Shown in pieces: positions 9,231 to 20,439 of a DNA stretch of 64,000 nucleotides (the stretch's first letter is position 1; each line of letters opens with the position of its first letter). The stretch is from a virus (Duplodnaviria; Caudoviricetes): IMG/VR virus record IMGVR_UViG_3300037067_022020, positions 1 to 64,000 of that record; one strand, 5' to 3'. The translations under genes and the position numbers were made by a program. Below the pieces are notes generated by a model. That model did no database searches and was not told the origin of the DNA. It saw only the letters and a list, made by a program, of their open reading frames with translations.

Positions 9231-10385
9231 ATGGCAAAAAAGAAACAAGAAGCAATAGAAGTAAATGATATAAATGACAGAGAAGAACTTGTTGGTCTAT
9301 TGGCTGATTCTTTAAATGCATCTGTCAAAGGTGGTAAAATTGCATATATATTAGATAGAGACCGTAGTGTTCCAGCCGACATAACCGGCTGGATTTCTAC
9401 TGGTTCTGATATGCTTGATATAGCAGTTTCAAATATCCCCAACGGTGGATTACCGCTGGGTAGGGCTGTGGAAATTTTAGGGTTCGAATCAGCAGGAAAA
9501 AGTCTCCTTGCTCTTCATGCTTGTAAAGACACACAAGCCCAAGGGGGTATTGCTGTTTATCTTGATACTGAATCTTCAATGAATCGACAGTTTGCTCAGG
9601 CAATTGGAGTTGATATTTCTGTAATGATTTATTCTCAACCCGATTATCTTGAACAAGTTTATGAGTCTGTTGAAAAAATAGTTGAAAAAGTAAGAGAATT
9701 GGGGTCTAATAAACCGATAACTATTATTGTTGACACAATTATGGGTACCCCAACTAAAACAGAGCTCGATGGGACATTTGATAAAGCGGGATGGAATACC
9801 GAAAAAGCAATTATAAACTCGTTGGCAATGAGGAAATTAACAAATCTTATAGCAAAGAATAAGATTTTATTAATTTTTGTAAATCAGTTGAGGGACCGGC
9901 TCGGAATTAGCTTCGGAGATAATTCTTCTACATCGGGGGGTCATGCTATAAAATTTCATTCTTCAATTAGAATCAGACTTAAAAAACAAGGGCAAATAAA
10001 AGCTAAAGTAAATGGAGTTGAACAAGTAATTGGAATTAAAACTCAAGCTCAAGTTATTAAAAGTAAAATTGGCCCGCCTTTAAGAACAGCGACATTTAAT
10101 ATATATTTCGATTCAGGAATAGATAATATTGGTAGTTGGCTTGAAACTTCTGTTAATTATGACTTAATTAAACAGGGTGGAGCCTGGTATACTTATACCA
10201 CAGATTCAGGGGAAGATATTAAGTTTCAAGAAAAAACTTTTCAAGAAAAAGTATTAGATAACCCAAAATTAAAAGATGAAATCTATAAAAAGATTTGCGA
10301 TAAATTAATTATGAGTTATAAGACGAAAAATCTTAATCCTGAAGATGTAGTTCACGAAGAATCTGAATCAGAAGAGGCAGATTAA
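9231..10385 (+). CDS. recA: RecA/UvsX recombinase
   Basis: ISTGS..LDIA, Walker A GFESAGKS, FVNQLR, SGGHAIKFHSSIRI, QGGAWY. Confidence 0.95.
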   Translation: MAKKKQEAIEVNDINDREELVGLLADSLNASVKGGKIAYILDRDRSVPADITGWISTGSDMLDIAVSNIPNGGLPLGRAVEILGFESAGKSLLALHACKDTQAQGGIAVYLDTESSMNRQFAQAIGVDISVMIYSQPDYLEQVYESVEKIVEKVRELGSNKPITIIVDTIMGTPTKTELDGTFDKAGWNTEKAIINSLAMRKLTNLIAKNKILLIFVNQLRDRLGISFGDNSSTSGGHAIKFHSSIRIRLKKQGQIKAKVNGVEQVIGIKTQAQVIKSKIGPPLRTATFNIYFDSGIDNIGSWLETSVNYDLIKQGGAWYTYTTDSGEDIKFQEKTFQEKVLDNPKLKDEIYKKICDKLIMSYKTKNLNPEDVVHEESESEEAD

Positions 10386-10398
10386 ATATTATAATATG

Positions 10399-10437
10399 TG
10401 AAGAAATAATGGATATAATTATTTCTTCATATTTTTT
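10399..10437 (+). terminator. intrinsic terminator after recA
   Basis: tgaagaaataat / attatttcttca 12-bp stem followed by T-rich tract. Confidence 0.65.
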
Positions 10438-10457
10438 ACATTTTTTTAAGTTATCAA

Positions 10458-11507
10458 ATGCTCAATAAAAAAACACTTTCTCGATATTCAGAATTAGCAA
10501 GAACTATAGAAAAATCTCCAGAGGTCGATTCATCAAAAACACGAATATTGTTTTGCGATGGAACGAATACATTCATGAGAAGTATAGCCGCTAATAATAT
10601 GATTGGTGAAAACGGAATGCATATAGGTGGTGTATCTGGATTTTTATTATCACTTGGATTTGCAATTAAAACTGTTCGCCCAAATAAAGTTATAATCGTG
10701 TTTGACGGAAAAGGTGGGTCGTTAAGAAGAAAAAAATTATTTCCAGAATATAAAGCTCAACGTAATGAAAGAAAACGAATAATATCATCTTTATTTAAAT
10801 CTAAAAAAGAAGAGCAAGAAGCTATTTGTTTTGAAATAAACAGGTTGACATTATATTTAAAATCACTACCAGTAAATATAGTAGTTGCAGAAAATATAGA
10901 AGCTGACGATGCTATTGCGTATTTTTGTACAGATGTATTTAAAAACGATGATAAAATAATTATGTCATCAGATAAAGATTTTTTACAATTAGTTAATGAA
11001 AATACAAAAGTTTGGAGTCCAACAAAAAAAATTCTTTATGATGAAGAAAAAATAAAAGAAGAATTTTTATTTTTATCACAAAATTTTATTATATTCAAAG
11101 TATTAACTGGGGATATTTCAGATAATATTTCTGGAATTAAAGGATTAGGATTAAAGACTCTTCAAAAACATATTCCCTTTTTATTTGAAAGTAGAAAAGT
11201 AGAACTTCAAGAAGTTATCAATTTCAGTGAAAAATATTCTACTTTATCTAAAACAATAAAAAAAATATTTGAACAAAAAGAAAAATTATATTTAAATTAT
11301 AAATTAATGCAATTATCAGATGTTAATATATCTGATCATACTAAAATAATCTTAACTAATGACATCAAACGTCCAGCAAACAGATTAAATAAGTTTAATT
11401 TATCCAAATTATTTTTAGAAGATAGTATGAATAATCAGATAAAAGATTTAAATGGGTGGATAAGAGACATTTGGTGGGCATTAGAAATGCACAATCTAAA
11501 ACAATAG
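10458..11507 (+). CDS. 5'-3' exonuclease / flap endonuclease (T4 RNase H-like)
   Basis: DGTN, VFDG, RKKLFPEYKAQR, EADD, SSDKDFLQL, GDISDNISGIKGLG.KT. Confidence 0.93.
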   Translation: MLNKKTLSRYSELARTIEKSPEVDSSKTRILFCDGTNTFMRSIAANNMIGENGMHIGGVSGFLLSLGFAIKTVRPNKVIIVFDGKGGSLRRKKLFPEYKAQRNERKRIISSLFKSKKEEQEAICFEINRLTLYLKSLPVNIVVAENIEADDAIAYFCTDVFKNDDKIIMSSDKDFLQLVNENTKVWSPTKKILYDEEKIKEEFLFLSQNFIIFKVLTGDISDNISGIKGLGLKTLQKHIPFLFESRKVELQEVINFSEKYSTLSKTIKKIFEQKEKLYLNYKLMQLSDVNISDHTKIILTNDIKRPANRLNKFNLSKLFLEDSMNNQIKDLNGWIRDIWWALEMHNLKQ

Positions 11508-11522
11508 ATTTAAAATTAGTTA

Positions 11523-12890
11523 ATGGATACTTTAATCGAATACGGACATAACTTTCAACAAAAATTTATCGCTTCATTAATCTCTGATAAAGATTATCTT
11601 CATCAAATTATTGATATTTTAGATGAAACACAATTTGATTCTGAGGCCAATATATTTATAGTAAAAATTATTAAAGACTATTTTCTTCAATATAATAATA
11701 TCCCAACCCTCGAAGTTTTTTCAACAGAAATTAAAAAATTAAATAATGAATTATTAAAAGCATCATCTATTGAAAATTTAAAGGGGGTTCTAAAACACAT
11801 CCAGGGAGCCACAGACTTAGATTATATTAAAGAAGAAGCTTTAAATTTTTTTAAAAATCAAAACTTAAAAGGAGCATTACTTGAATCAGCTGATTTATTA
11901 GAATTAAATAAATTTGATGAAATTAGAAATCGATTAGAACTTGCATTTAGAGCCGGTGAAAGTAAAAAATCGGGTCATAATTATAAAAAAGATATTGAAC
12001 AAAGATATGCGGAGAATAAAAGAAATCCATTATCAACTGGACATGATTTAATAGACGAAATTACAGATGGTGGATTGGGTGCAGGTGACTTGGGGGTATT
12101 AATTGGGGGGAAGGGAAGCGGAAAATCGTGGAATTTAGTGAATATCGCAGCTGCTGCATTAAAGCAAGGAAAATTTGTAGTATATTATACTTTAGAATTA
12201 TTAGATACTTATGTTGCACTGAGATTTGATACATTATTAACTGGTATTACTCCTTCGAGTTTAAAATATCACATTGACGACGTCAGGGAAAGTGTAAAAA
12301 ACATTCATCCAGATGGAGAGTTATTGACACAATATTATCCACCAAGTAGTGCGTCATCATTAACAATCGAATCAAATTTACAGTTAATTAAATTAATGCA
12401 CCGAAGAAAGCCAGATTTAATTTTGGTTGATTATGCTGATTTATTAAAACCATCTTATATCGATCGAAGATTAAGAACTGATGAAAATTTAAGTAATATT
12501 TATACTGAATTAAAGGGGATAGCTGGAAAATTTGAATGTCCAATGTACACCGTTAGTCAGACCAATCGGAGTGGGAGCCAAAAAGAAATAATTGAGGGGT
12601 TTGATATATCTGATGCATTTAGTAAAATTTTCATAGCTGATTTAGTTTTATCATTCTCTCGATTATTAAATGATAAAATATCTGGAACGGGTAGAATGAC
12701 AGCTCTACATAATAGATATGGTCCGGACGGAATAACATTTCCAAGTAAAATAAATTTTGCAACAGGAAAAGTATCATTATATGCTCCCGAATCTGAATCT
12801 GGTAAAGAACTTAAAAAAGATATGGAAAATGGTGGTGAAGGAACTAGAAAATATTTGAAAAATAAATTAGATGAATTAGGAATTCATTAG
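11523..12890 (+). CDS. replicative helicase, DnaB/gp41-like
   Basis: Walker A GGKGSGKS, YYTLE, LILVDYADLL, SQTNR, NRYG. Confidence 0.93.
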   Translation: MDTLIEYGHNFQQKFIASLISDKDYLHQIIDILDETQFDSEANIFIVKIIKDYFLQYNNIPTLEVFSTEIKKLNNELLKASSIENLKGVLKHIQGATDLDYIKEEALNFFKNQNLKGALLESADLLELNKFDEIRNRLELAFRAGESKKSGHNYKKDIEQRYAENKRNPLSTGHDLIDEITDGGLGAGDLGVLIGGKGSGKSWNLVNIAAAALKQGKFVVYYTLELLDTYVALRFDTLLTGITPSSLKYHIDDVRESVKNIHPDGELLTQYYPPSSASSLTIESNLQLIKLMHRRKPDLILVDYADLLKPSYIDRRLRTDENLSNIYTELKGIAGKFECPMYTVSQTNRSGSQKEIIEGFDISDAFSKIFIADLVLSFSRLLNDKISGTGRMTALHNRYGPDGITFPSKINFATGKVSLYAPESESGKELKKDMENGGEGTRKYLKNKLDELGIH

Positions 12891-12899
12891 AAGAAAATA

Positions 12900-13466
12900 A
12901 TGGACAAATCAAAATTAAAAAAAATAATTAAAGAAGAAATAAATGATTTTTTCTTCGATAAACTTATAGAAAATTATGATTGGTTAAAAACAAATAATTT
13001 TGGATTTATTCAATCTAGTTTTCTGCATTTATTAAAAGAATATAGAGTAAATTTAAACAACATTTATGAATCTAAAAAAATTGTGTTTCCTCAATTTGGA
13101 ACTGGTTATGTATTTAAAGATTCAACTGATAAGGAGCATGTGTCAGCAATACAAAAAACAGGAACAATAAAAATAGGAGTATTAGTTAAAACAACTAATG
13201 ATAACCCTGTTATTTTAACACGTAAAATAAATTCAACAAATGATGAAAAAATTCTTAATACTCATATATCGAACATCATTAAATTAATCGATGAATTAAA
13301 ATTAATAAAAATAGATTTTTCTCCCGAATCAAGTGATCAATTTTACAATGCAAGAAAAAGATTATTTATGAATATAGTAAATCAATTTCCTGATAAAGTT
13401 GAAGATGTTAGAACTAATGGAGATAATTTTGAAATATTTTTGAAACAACAAAATTTGGAGAAATAA
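12900..13466 (+). CDS. hypothetical protein with KKIIKEEI leader
   Basis: MDKSKLKKIIKEEI start; C-terminal pattern shared with 18819 and 40349. Confidence 0.6.
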   Translation: MDKSKLKKIIKEEINDFFFDKLIENYDWLKTNNFGFIQSSFLHLLKEYRVNLNNIYESKKIVFPQFGTGYVFKDSTDKEHVSAIQKTGTIKIGVLVKTTNDNPVILTRKINSTNDEKILNTHISNIIKLIDELKLIKIDFSPESSDQFYNARKRLFMNIVNQFPDKVEDVRTNGDNFEIFLKQQNLEK

Positions 13467-15980
13467 ATGGATACTTATACAAGAGAAGAAGTATATAATG
13501 CAACATTGGATTATTTTAAAGGAGACACATTTGCAACAGATGTTTGGGTGAATAAATATTCATTAAAGGAAGTTAATAATGAAACAAATCAAATAATTTA
13601 TTATGAAAAAACTCCCAATGATATGTTTCATAGGCTTTCTAAAGAATTCGCAAGAATAGAAAAGAAATATCCTAACCCATTATCAGAAGATGAAATATTT
13701 GAATTATTAAAAGATTTTAAATATGTTATACCACAAGGGGGACCATTATCAGGAATAGGTAATGATTTTCAAGTTAATTCATTATCTAATTGTTTTGTTA
13801 TTGGAAATAAATTAGATTCATATGGTGCAATATTTCAAACCGATCAAGAGCAGGTTCAATTAATGAAACGTAGAGGTGGAGTCGGTCATGATTTATCCTA
13901 TTTACGACCGAAAGGTACTAAAGTAAATAATTCAGCATTAACATCAACTGGAATAGTCCCTTTCATGGAAAGATATTCTAATTCAACTAAAGAAGTAGCA
14001 CAAGAAGGAAGAAGGGGGGCTTTGTTATTGTCTATTGACGTGAAGCATCCCGATGCAGAAAGTTTTATTGATGCCAAGTTAACAGAAGGAAAAGTAACTG
14101 GGGCGAATATATCTGTTAAATTATCAGATGAATTTATGAACTCGGCTTTTTCCGACGGAAAGTTTATTCAACAATTTCCAATTGATTCTAGTAATCCAAG
14201 TATTAAAAAGGAAATTGACTCTATACAACTTTGGAAAAAAATAGTTCATAATGCATGGAGCTCAGCCGAGCCAGGAATTTTATTTTGGGATAATATTATT
14301 AAAGAGTCATTACCAGATTGTTATAAAGATTTCGGATTCGAATCAATTAGCACAAACCCTTGTTCAGAAATTTCGATTTGTTTTTATGGAACGTGCATTT
14401 TAATAACCAATAATTTATATTCATATGTTATAAATCCTTTTACTAAAAATGCAAGTTTTGATTTTGACCGATTTAAATCAAATATCATGAAGGCTCAAAG
14501 GTTAATTGATGATCTTGTAGATTTAGAACTTGAAAAAGTTGATAAAATTTTACTAAAAATAAAAAATGACCCCGAACCAAAAGAAGTAAAAATAATTGAA
14601 TTGAATCTTTGGAACAAAATAAAAGAAAAAATAATTCAAGGTCGGCGAACTGGGTTAGGTATAACAGCTGAAGGTGATATGCTCGCTGCTATGGGGTTAA
14701 TATATGGTACTAAAGAAGCTACTGAATTTGCAGTTCAAGTTCAAAAAGAATTTACTATTTCAGCATATTTATCAGATAGTATTCTTGCTAAAGAACGCGG
14801 GCCATTTCCAATTTATAATTTTGAATTAGAAAAAGAAAATTTATTTTTGAAAAGAATATTTAATGAATCTAATAAATTAAAAGAATCTATAAAAAAATAT
14901 GGCCGAAGAAATATTGCATGTCTTACTATTTCTCCAACTGGTTCTGTAAGTACATTAACTCAAACCACGTCTGGTATTGAACCAGCTTTTTTGATATCAT
15001 ATAAAAGAAGAAGAAAAATCAATCCAACTGATAAAAATTCTACAGTTAGTTATACTGATAAAGAAGGAGTTCGATGGGAAGAATATAATGTGTTTCATCA
15101 TAAATTTGAGAAATGGCTTGAAGTAAACGGGTATAATGTAGAAGAAGTAAAATCCTATTCAAATGATGAGTTAAATCTTATTATAGAAAAATCTCCATAT
15201 TTCAAAGCAACAACTCGAGATGTAAATTGGGTAGAAAAAGTAAAAATGCAGGGGAAGTTGCAAAAGTGGACAGATCATAGCATTTCAGCGACTACAAATC
15301 TCCCAAATTCAGCAACTGAAGAATTGGTTTCTCAAGTTTATGAGACGGCGTGGAGATCAGGATGTAAAGGTCATACTGTTTATAGAGAAGGATCGAGGCA
15401 AGGTGTATTAATATCTAATGAAATAAAACCAAGAGAATTAAATACTATTACAAAAAATAATGCTCCCAAAAGACCAGTAAAACTAAAATGTAACATACAT
15501 CAAATTACAGCTAAAGGACAAGAGTGGATTGTTTTAGTTGGAATGATGAATGGGGGTGATAGTAAACCTACACCATATGAAGTATTTGCATTTAAAAAGA
15601 AAAATATTGCAATTGGTCCAAAAATTGATAAAGGAATATTACATAGAAAAAAATCAGGCTATTATAATTTAGAAATCGAAGGTGTCATTACATTAGAAAA
15701 TATTACTGAATTATTTGAACAGGATGAAGAAGAAGCATTAACAAGGCAAATTTCTTTGAATTTAAGACATGGATGTGATGTTAAGTTTATTGTAGAACAA
15801 TTAAATAAAGCTGAAGGAACTGTTGCATCGTTTAGTAAAGCTATTATGAGGGCATTAAAAAAATATATTGATGACTCAACAGAAGTTAAAGGTGAACTTT
15901 GCCCAACATGTGGAGAAAAATTAGTATATATTGAGGGATGTGTTAGATGTGTAAGTTGTAGTTTTAGTAAATGTGGATAA
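13467..15980 (+). CDS. nrdJ: class II (adenosylcobalamin-dependent) ribonucleotide reductase
   Basis: SLSNCFV, RRGGVG, QEGRRGA, NPCSEI, RRTGLG, SPTG, TTSGIEP, C-terminal zinc ribbon ending SKCG; Bacteroides-like N-terminus. Confidence 0.95.
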   Translation: MDTYTREEVYNATLDYFKGDTFATDVWVNKYSLKEVNNETNQIIYYEKTPNDMFHRLSKEFARIEKKYPNPLSEDEIFELLKDFKYVIPQGGPLSGIGNDFQVNSLSNCFVIGNKLDSYGAIFQTDQEQVQLMKRRGGVGHDLSYLRPKGTKVNNSALTSTGIVPFMERYSNSTKEVAQEGRRGALLLSIDVKHPDAESFIDAKLTEGKVTGANISVKLSDEFMNSAFSDGKFIQQFPIDSSNPSIKKEIDSIQLWKKIVHNAWSSAEPGILFWDNIIKESLPDCYKDFGFESISTNPCSEISICFYGTCILITNNLYSYVINPFTKNASFDFDRFKSNIMKAQRLIDDLVDLELEKVDKILLKIKNDPEPKEVKIIELNLWNKIKEKIIQGRRTGLGITAEGDMLAAMGLIYGTKEATEFAVQVQKEFTISAYLSDSILAKERGPFPIYNFELEKENLFLKRIFNESNKLKESIKKYGRRNIACLTISPTGSVSTLTQTTSGIEPAFLISYKRRRKINPTDKNSTVSYTDKEGVRWEEYNVFHHKFEKWLEVNGYNVEEVKSYSNDELNLIIEKSPYFKATTRDVNWVEKVKMQGKLQKWTDHSISATTNLPNSATEELVSQVYETAWRSGCKGHTVYREGSRQGVLISNEIKPRELNTITKNNAPKRPVKLKCNIHQITAKGQEWIVLVGMMNGGDSKPTPYEVFAFKKKNIAIGPKIDKGILHRKKSGYYNLEIEGVITLENITELFEQDEEEALTRQISLNLRHGCDVKFIVEQLNKAEGTVASFSKAIMRALKKYIDDSTEVKGELCPTCGEKLVYIEGCVRCVSCSFSKCG

Positions 15981-16066
15981 TAGTTTTGAATTATTAACAA
16001 AATTTTTTTATATTTATAAAAAATTGTTAATTATTTTTAATATGAGAAACAAAAAAAATAAATGAA

Positions 16067-16303
16067 ATGATTGATCGAATACTTACCGACAATCACATAA
16101 GATTTATGTTTAGTCCAGATGGCAAGGATCAAGTTTGGTTTGATGACAATTCTGATCTTCAAATAGTGGTGGAAGAAGACGAAACTATGTTATTTTTTCG
16201 TGGAACTACTGAAGTCAAAAGGTTATCTAATAATGAATATAACGTTGATCCTTTAAATGAAACCAATATCTATCAGACATTAATCGAGCAAGGAATATGT
16301 TGA
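16067..16303 (+). CDS. hypothetical protein
   Basis: ORF downstream of the recurring promoter-like motif. Confidence 0.5.
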   Translation: MIDRILTDNHIRFMFSPDGKDQVWFDDNSDLQIVVEEDETMLFFRGTTEVKRLSNNEYNVDPLNETNIYQTLIEQGIC

Positions 16304-16329
16304 TTCATTATCAAAAAAAATTATTTATT

Positions 16330-16440
16330 ATGAAAAATGAAGAAGAAAAAATACCCCTTTTAATAAAAATAGCTTTGGGATTTTCAGTATTTTGGTTGGT
16401 AATACTTTGTTTAGCTTTAATTGTAAAATTCTCATTATAA
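16330..16440 (+). CDS. small single-pass membrane protein, 36 aa (not in ORF track)
   Basis: MKNEEEKIPLLIKIALGFSVFWLVILCLALIVKFSL*. Confidence 0.45.
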   Translation: MKNEEEKIPLLIKIALGFSVFWLVILCLALIVKFSL

Positions 16441-16450
16441 AAATAAAATC

Positions 16451-17299
16451 ATGATTTGTATTTATCATTCAATAGATTTAGATGGTTGGGCTAGTGCGGC
16501 AATTGTTCTAAAAAAATATCCTGAAGTTAAATTATTTGGGTATGATTATGGACAAAAAATTCCTAATATTCCCGAGGATACTGAAATAATTTTAACAGAT
16601 ATTTCTTTTCCAATGGAAGAAATGAAAAAATTAAAATCTAAGTTTAAAAAGGTTATTTGGATTGATCATCATATAAGCGCAATTAAAGAATTTCAAAAAA
16701 CTTTTACTAAAGAGGAAGCTGATGAATTTATAACCGAATTTCCAAAAACTAATGAATTAGTTTCGGCTTGTGAATTAACATGGAGATATTTATACCCCGA
16801 TACAGAAAAACTAGATTCAATAGAATTACTGGGATCATATGATAGTTTTAGACATAAAGAAGCAAATCAAAAATTTACTGAGGATGAAACAATGAATTAT
16901 CAGTATGGAGCTAGATCAAAAGCTAATTCACCCGAATCTTGTTATGATGTAATTTTTAAGGATGATATACATGATATAATGAATGACGGTAAAATAATTT
17001 TCAATTATATAAAAATCGAAGCAAGAAATGCTTATGAAAAATTATCATTTCCGATGATGATAGGTGGTAAGAAATTTATTGCCATAAATGCTGACAGATT
17101 AAATTTTAAAACATTTGGTATAGATTATCACGCAGATGGATATGATGGACAAGCTTGTTTTAGATTTCAAGATAAAATTTGGAAATTTAGTATTTATAAT
17201 GAAAATGGAAAAATAGATTGTTCCGAAATTGCTAAAAAATATGGGGGTGGGGGTCATCACGGAGCTGCTGGATTTAGTTTGAACCGGTTGCCATTTTAG
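16451..17299 (+). CDS. DHH/DHHA1 phosphoesterase
   Basis: YH..DLDG, TDISF, WIDHH, GGGGHHGAAGF. Confidence 0.92.
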   Translation: MICIYHSIDLDGWASAAIVLKKYPEVKLFGYDYGQKIPNIPEDTEIILTDISFPMEEMKKLKSKFKKVIWIDHHISAIKEFQKTFTKEEADEFITEFPKTNELVSACELTWRYLYPDTEKLDSIELLGSYDSFRHKEANQKFTEDETMNYQYGARSKANSPESCYDVIFKDDIHDIMNDGKIIFNYIKIEARNAYEKLSFPMMIGGKKFIAINADRLNFKTFGIDYHADGYDGQACFRFQDKIWKFSIYNENGKIDCSEIAKKYGGGGHHGAAGFSLNRLPF

Positions 17300-17374
17300 C
17301 ATTTTTCGGATTCTATTCAATATTATAATTTTGACATCTTGAAATTTTTAATGGGATATTTCAAATAATTAAAT

Positions 17375-17911
17375 ATGCAAAAAGTATTTCAGACAATAAT
17401 TGATGTAAATCATGGAAATTGTGAACAAGCTGTTATAGCATCGATTTTTGAACTTCCATTAGACGATGTTCCTAATTTTATTGAATACAAAAAAGGTAAA
17501 GAATTTGATAAGAGTTTATTTGGGTGGTTATATGAAAAAGGATTTTCGCCTGGCTCTATTTATAAAAGTAACTATGGGTTAGAAAAATTAAAAAGTATTG
17601 CTAAATCTGATGGAGGATATAAAGGTTATTTTCATGCATTAGTCCCAAGTCAAACTTTTGAAAATGTTATGCATGCAGTTGTTGCAGATACTGAGTTAAA
17701 CATTGTTCATGATCCAAATCCCAATCAATTAGCATTAAATTTATCACCGGAAGATATTATTAGCATTATTGTTTTAAAAGATATGATAATCGGTAAAACT
17801 GGTAAATTGTATACTAAAGAAAAATGGAATTTAATAAGTGAAGAAGAACGAGAAGCTAACACATATAAAGTTATATATGATGAAAATGATAAAATAATAG
17901 GGAAAGAATAG
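17375..17911 (+). CDS. hypothetical protein, possible papain-like Cys-His-Asp fold
   Basis: GNCEQAVIAS.....L..VPNF...HAVV...VHDPNP. Confidence 0.5.
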   Translation: MQKVFQTIIDVNHGNCEQAVIASIFELPLDDVPNFIEYKKGKEFDKSLFGWLYEKGFSPGSIYKSNYGLEKLKSIAKSDGGYKGYFHALVPSQTFENVMHAVVADTELNIVHDPNPNQLALNLSPEDIISIIVLKDMIIGKTGKLYTKEKWNLISEEEREANTYKVIYDENDKIIGKE

Positions 17912-18030
17912 AAAATTAAAGATACAAATGAAAACCAAGAACCATACAGCAATTGAAAAACTAATATAGATATTTTCTTACGAAATTTTCTACCATTAAA
18001 TAATGAATTTCATAAAAACGTAAAATAATT

Positions 18031-18327
18031 ATGAGCTGGGGATTAATTTTAAATGGTCTTTATCTAAATAAAACAAAAAAATCAGATTTAGATTCAGAAT
18101 TAGAAGGAACAAATTCTATAATTAAATTATTAGAGAATAAATTAGTAGCATTGGTGGCATATACAACTCCAACATATTACGAAGATAATTCAACAAATTG
18201 GCCATTACCAGAATATGCTGCCCTAAAAGTTCCAGAAATTTTAGAAGAACTATCTGAACTATATGAAAAAAGAATGTTAATAAAATTTGCAATTGAAAAT
18301 CCAAAGGAAATAACAGAAGATTATTAA
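18031..18327 (+). CDS. hypothetical protein
   Basis: ORF in a co-oriented run. Confidence 0.55.
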   Translation: MSWGLILNGLYLNKTKKSDLDSELEGTNSIIKLLENKLVALVAYTTPTYYEDNSTNWPLPEYAALKVPEILEELSELYEKRMLIKFAIENPKEITEDY

Positions 18328-18330
18328 AAC

Positions 18331-18822
18331 ATGGAAACAAAAATTTTAAATCAAAATAGATATCGAATTTGGGATACAATCAATAAAAAAATGATAACTC
18401 CAGAAATGGCTGAGAATGATATGAGTAATATTATTGCCATAGGATTACATGGATTACCAATAGAGATAAATTCAGATTCAGTAAAAGATGGATTATTTAA
18501 AGCTTGGAATAGACATGATTTAATTTTATTAAAATCATTTGGATTTAATGATAAGACTGATAGAGAATTATTTGAAGAAGATTTAGTTATATATAAACCA
18601 TTGTCATATTCTATAACTACTCCTTATATAGTAAAATTTGGTTGGTATCAAATTCCAACTTACTATCAAAATAAGAAAGAGGAAATAAAAATTTGTGGAT
18701 GGTATTTATTACCCGATTTAGATGAGGCATATAAATATAATTATGTGGAATCATTTACTGAATCTTCCGCAAATCGCTGTGAAAAAATTGGCAACACATT
18801 TGAAACAGAAATAGTAAAATGA
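18331..18822 (+). CDS. YopX-family protein
   Basis: YRIWD..KKM, FG.NDK.DRELFEEDLV, EKIGNTFE. Confidence 0.8.
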   Translation: METKILNQNRYRIWDTINKKMITPEMAENDMSNIIAIGLHGLPIEINSDSVKDGLFKAWNRHDLILLKSFGFNDKTDRELFEEDLVIYKPLSYSITTPYIVKFGWYQIPTYYQNKKEEIKICGWYLLPDLDEAYKYNYVESFTESSANRCEKIGNTFETEIVK

Positions 18823-19280
18823 AAATAGATAAAATAAAAAAAATTTTAAAAGAAGAAATTTTAAACGTGTTAATAGAAAGTATTGATCTTGTTGATGTAA
18901 ATAAAATAGAAAATTTAACAGAACAAAATTTTTTAAACAAAATAATTAGATTCGGATTTTCAATTCATGATGATAATTATGTTTTAGAAATTCCATTAAA
19001 AGATGAATTATATATTGAAGGAGTTAGATTTGGAATTAAAGATAATGAAACAAATGTAATAAATACATCGAGAAAAGTAAACGAGGGATATGTTTTAAAA
19101 ACATTAAGCATCGTTTTTAGTTTATTAATTTATGCATTGAAAAAATACAATATACAAAAGTTTCATTTTATGGTTTTAGATAAAAGAAATGAACGATTAT
19201 ATTTATTTTATTTGGAGAAATATTTTAAAGATTTTAATCTAACAAAGGATGGAATCCAATATATATTTGATAAAAAATAA
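18819..19280 (+). CDS. hypothetical protein with KKILKEEI leader
   Basis: MKIDKIKKILKEEILNVLIE; ATGA overlap. Confidence 0.6.
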   Translation: MKIDKIKKILKEEILNVLIESIDLVDVNKIENLTEQNFLNKIIRFGFSIHDDNYVLEIPLKDELYIEGVRFGIKDNETNVINTSRKVNEGYVLKTLSIVFSLLIYALKKYNIQKFHFMVLDKRNERLYLFYLEKYFKDFNLTKDGIQYIFDKK

Positions 19281-19863
19281 AATTCTTAACCATTTTAATC
19301 TTGTAGAAAAATGGTGGTATGAATGTGATTTTCCTATTAATTTATTAGGGAGTAAAATTAACAGTATCAAAAATAATATTTCTTTTGAAGAAAGATTAAT
19401 AAATGATTATAATGAGTCATATAATACTTTTACTCCATTTTTAATATATTATTTTGAATTAGCGCAATGGGTAGAAAAGGAATTCAATGTTGAAATTCAT
19501 GATAACGAAATGCCAGAATTTTTTATTCAATTTTGTCGACTGATATATGAAAAAATAAATGATATTAAACTTGAAATTAATTTACAAAAATTATTTTCAG
19601 AACACAAGAATGAAAATGTCACTATAAATTCGCGAAATGATAGGAAATATACAATAGCTAATGAATTAAAAAATTATTTTTTAATTAATGATATTAATTG
19701 GATTAACAGCAATGAAACATCTATTTCTTTTCAATTTAGAACAATTCCGTGGGGTGATCTATATAAGAATGATAATGTGTCATTTTATATTCATTCAATA
19801 AATCATCAAGTTTTTCATGATGATTTGGGGTCTATAACTTTTTTAACAGGTTATTTTAAATAA
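19249..19863 (+). CDS. hypothetical protein
   Basis: 204-aa ORF. Confidence 0.55.
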   Translation: MESNIYLIKNKILNHFNLVEKWWYECDFPINLLGSKINSIKNNISFEERLINDYNESYNTFTPFLIYYFELAQWVEKEFNVEIHDNEMPEFFIQFCRLIYEKINDIKLEINLQKLFSEHKNENVTINSRNDRKYTIANELKNYFLINDINWINSNETSISFQFRTIPWGDLYKNDNVSFYIHSINHQVFHDDLGSITFLTGYFK

Positions 19864-19904
19864 AAAAAATAAAATATGAAACCATTTAACAAATACAAAA
19901 TTTT

Positions 19905-20439
19905 ATGAAAACATTTTTTATCTCTGGAAGGCAAACAGGAAAAACTCATATGGCAGTATATGAATTTATATAGAAAAGTATATTTAATTATTGATGACTA
20001 TCTGTGTTTTGATAATAAAAATATTGAGCGGATATATAAGCAATGTAAAAATTTTAATGGAAATATTTACATTTTTTCAACCCCCAAAAAACAATTTGAT
20101 AAAAAGTTATTTGAAAAAATAAAACAAATAAAAGAAAATAATGTTAAATCGATTTGGTCCGCTGCAGAATTTTTAAAACTTGGAAATCTAAATGAAATTG
20201 AAGAATTGTATTTTAACTTCATAACTGACCCCGATTGTAACATTATATTTGATGAAACTCATTCTTATTTCATTAATGAATTTATTAGAAAAGAAAGTGA
20301 AAATTGGGTAAATAATTTAGGTCAAAATGAATTTGATACATTCAACTTTGGAAAATATTTAAAAGATGATACAATCAAATGCCCCAAAGATAAATTAGAA
20401 TGCCCATATTTTCAAAAGAGTTCTAAGATTAATTTTTGA
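19905..20439 (+). pseudogene. broken P-loop NTPase relic
   Basis: 19905-19973 encodes MKTFFISGRQTGKTHMAVYEFI* (Walker A-like); ORF 19960..20439 in another frame starts with a Walker B-like VYLIIDDY. Confidence 0.5.
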
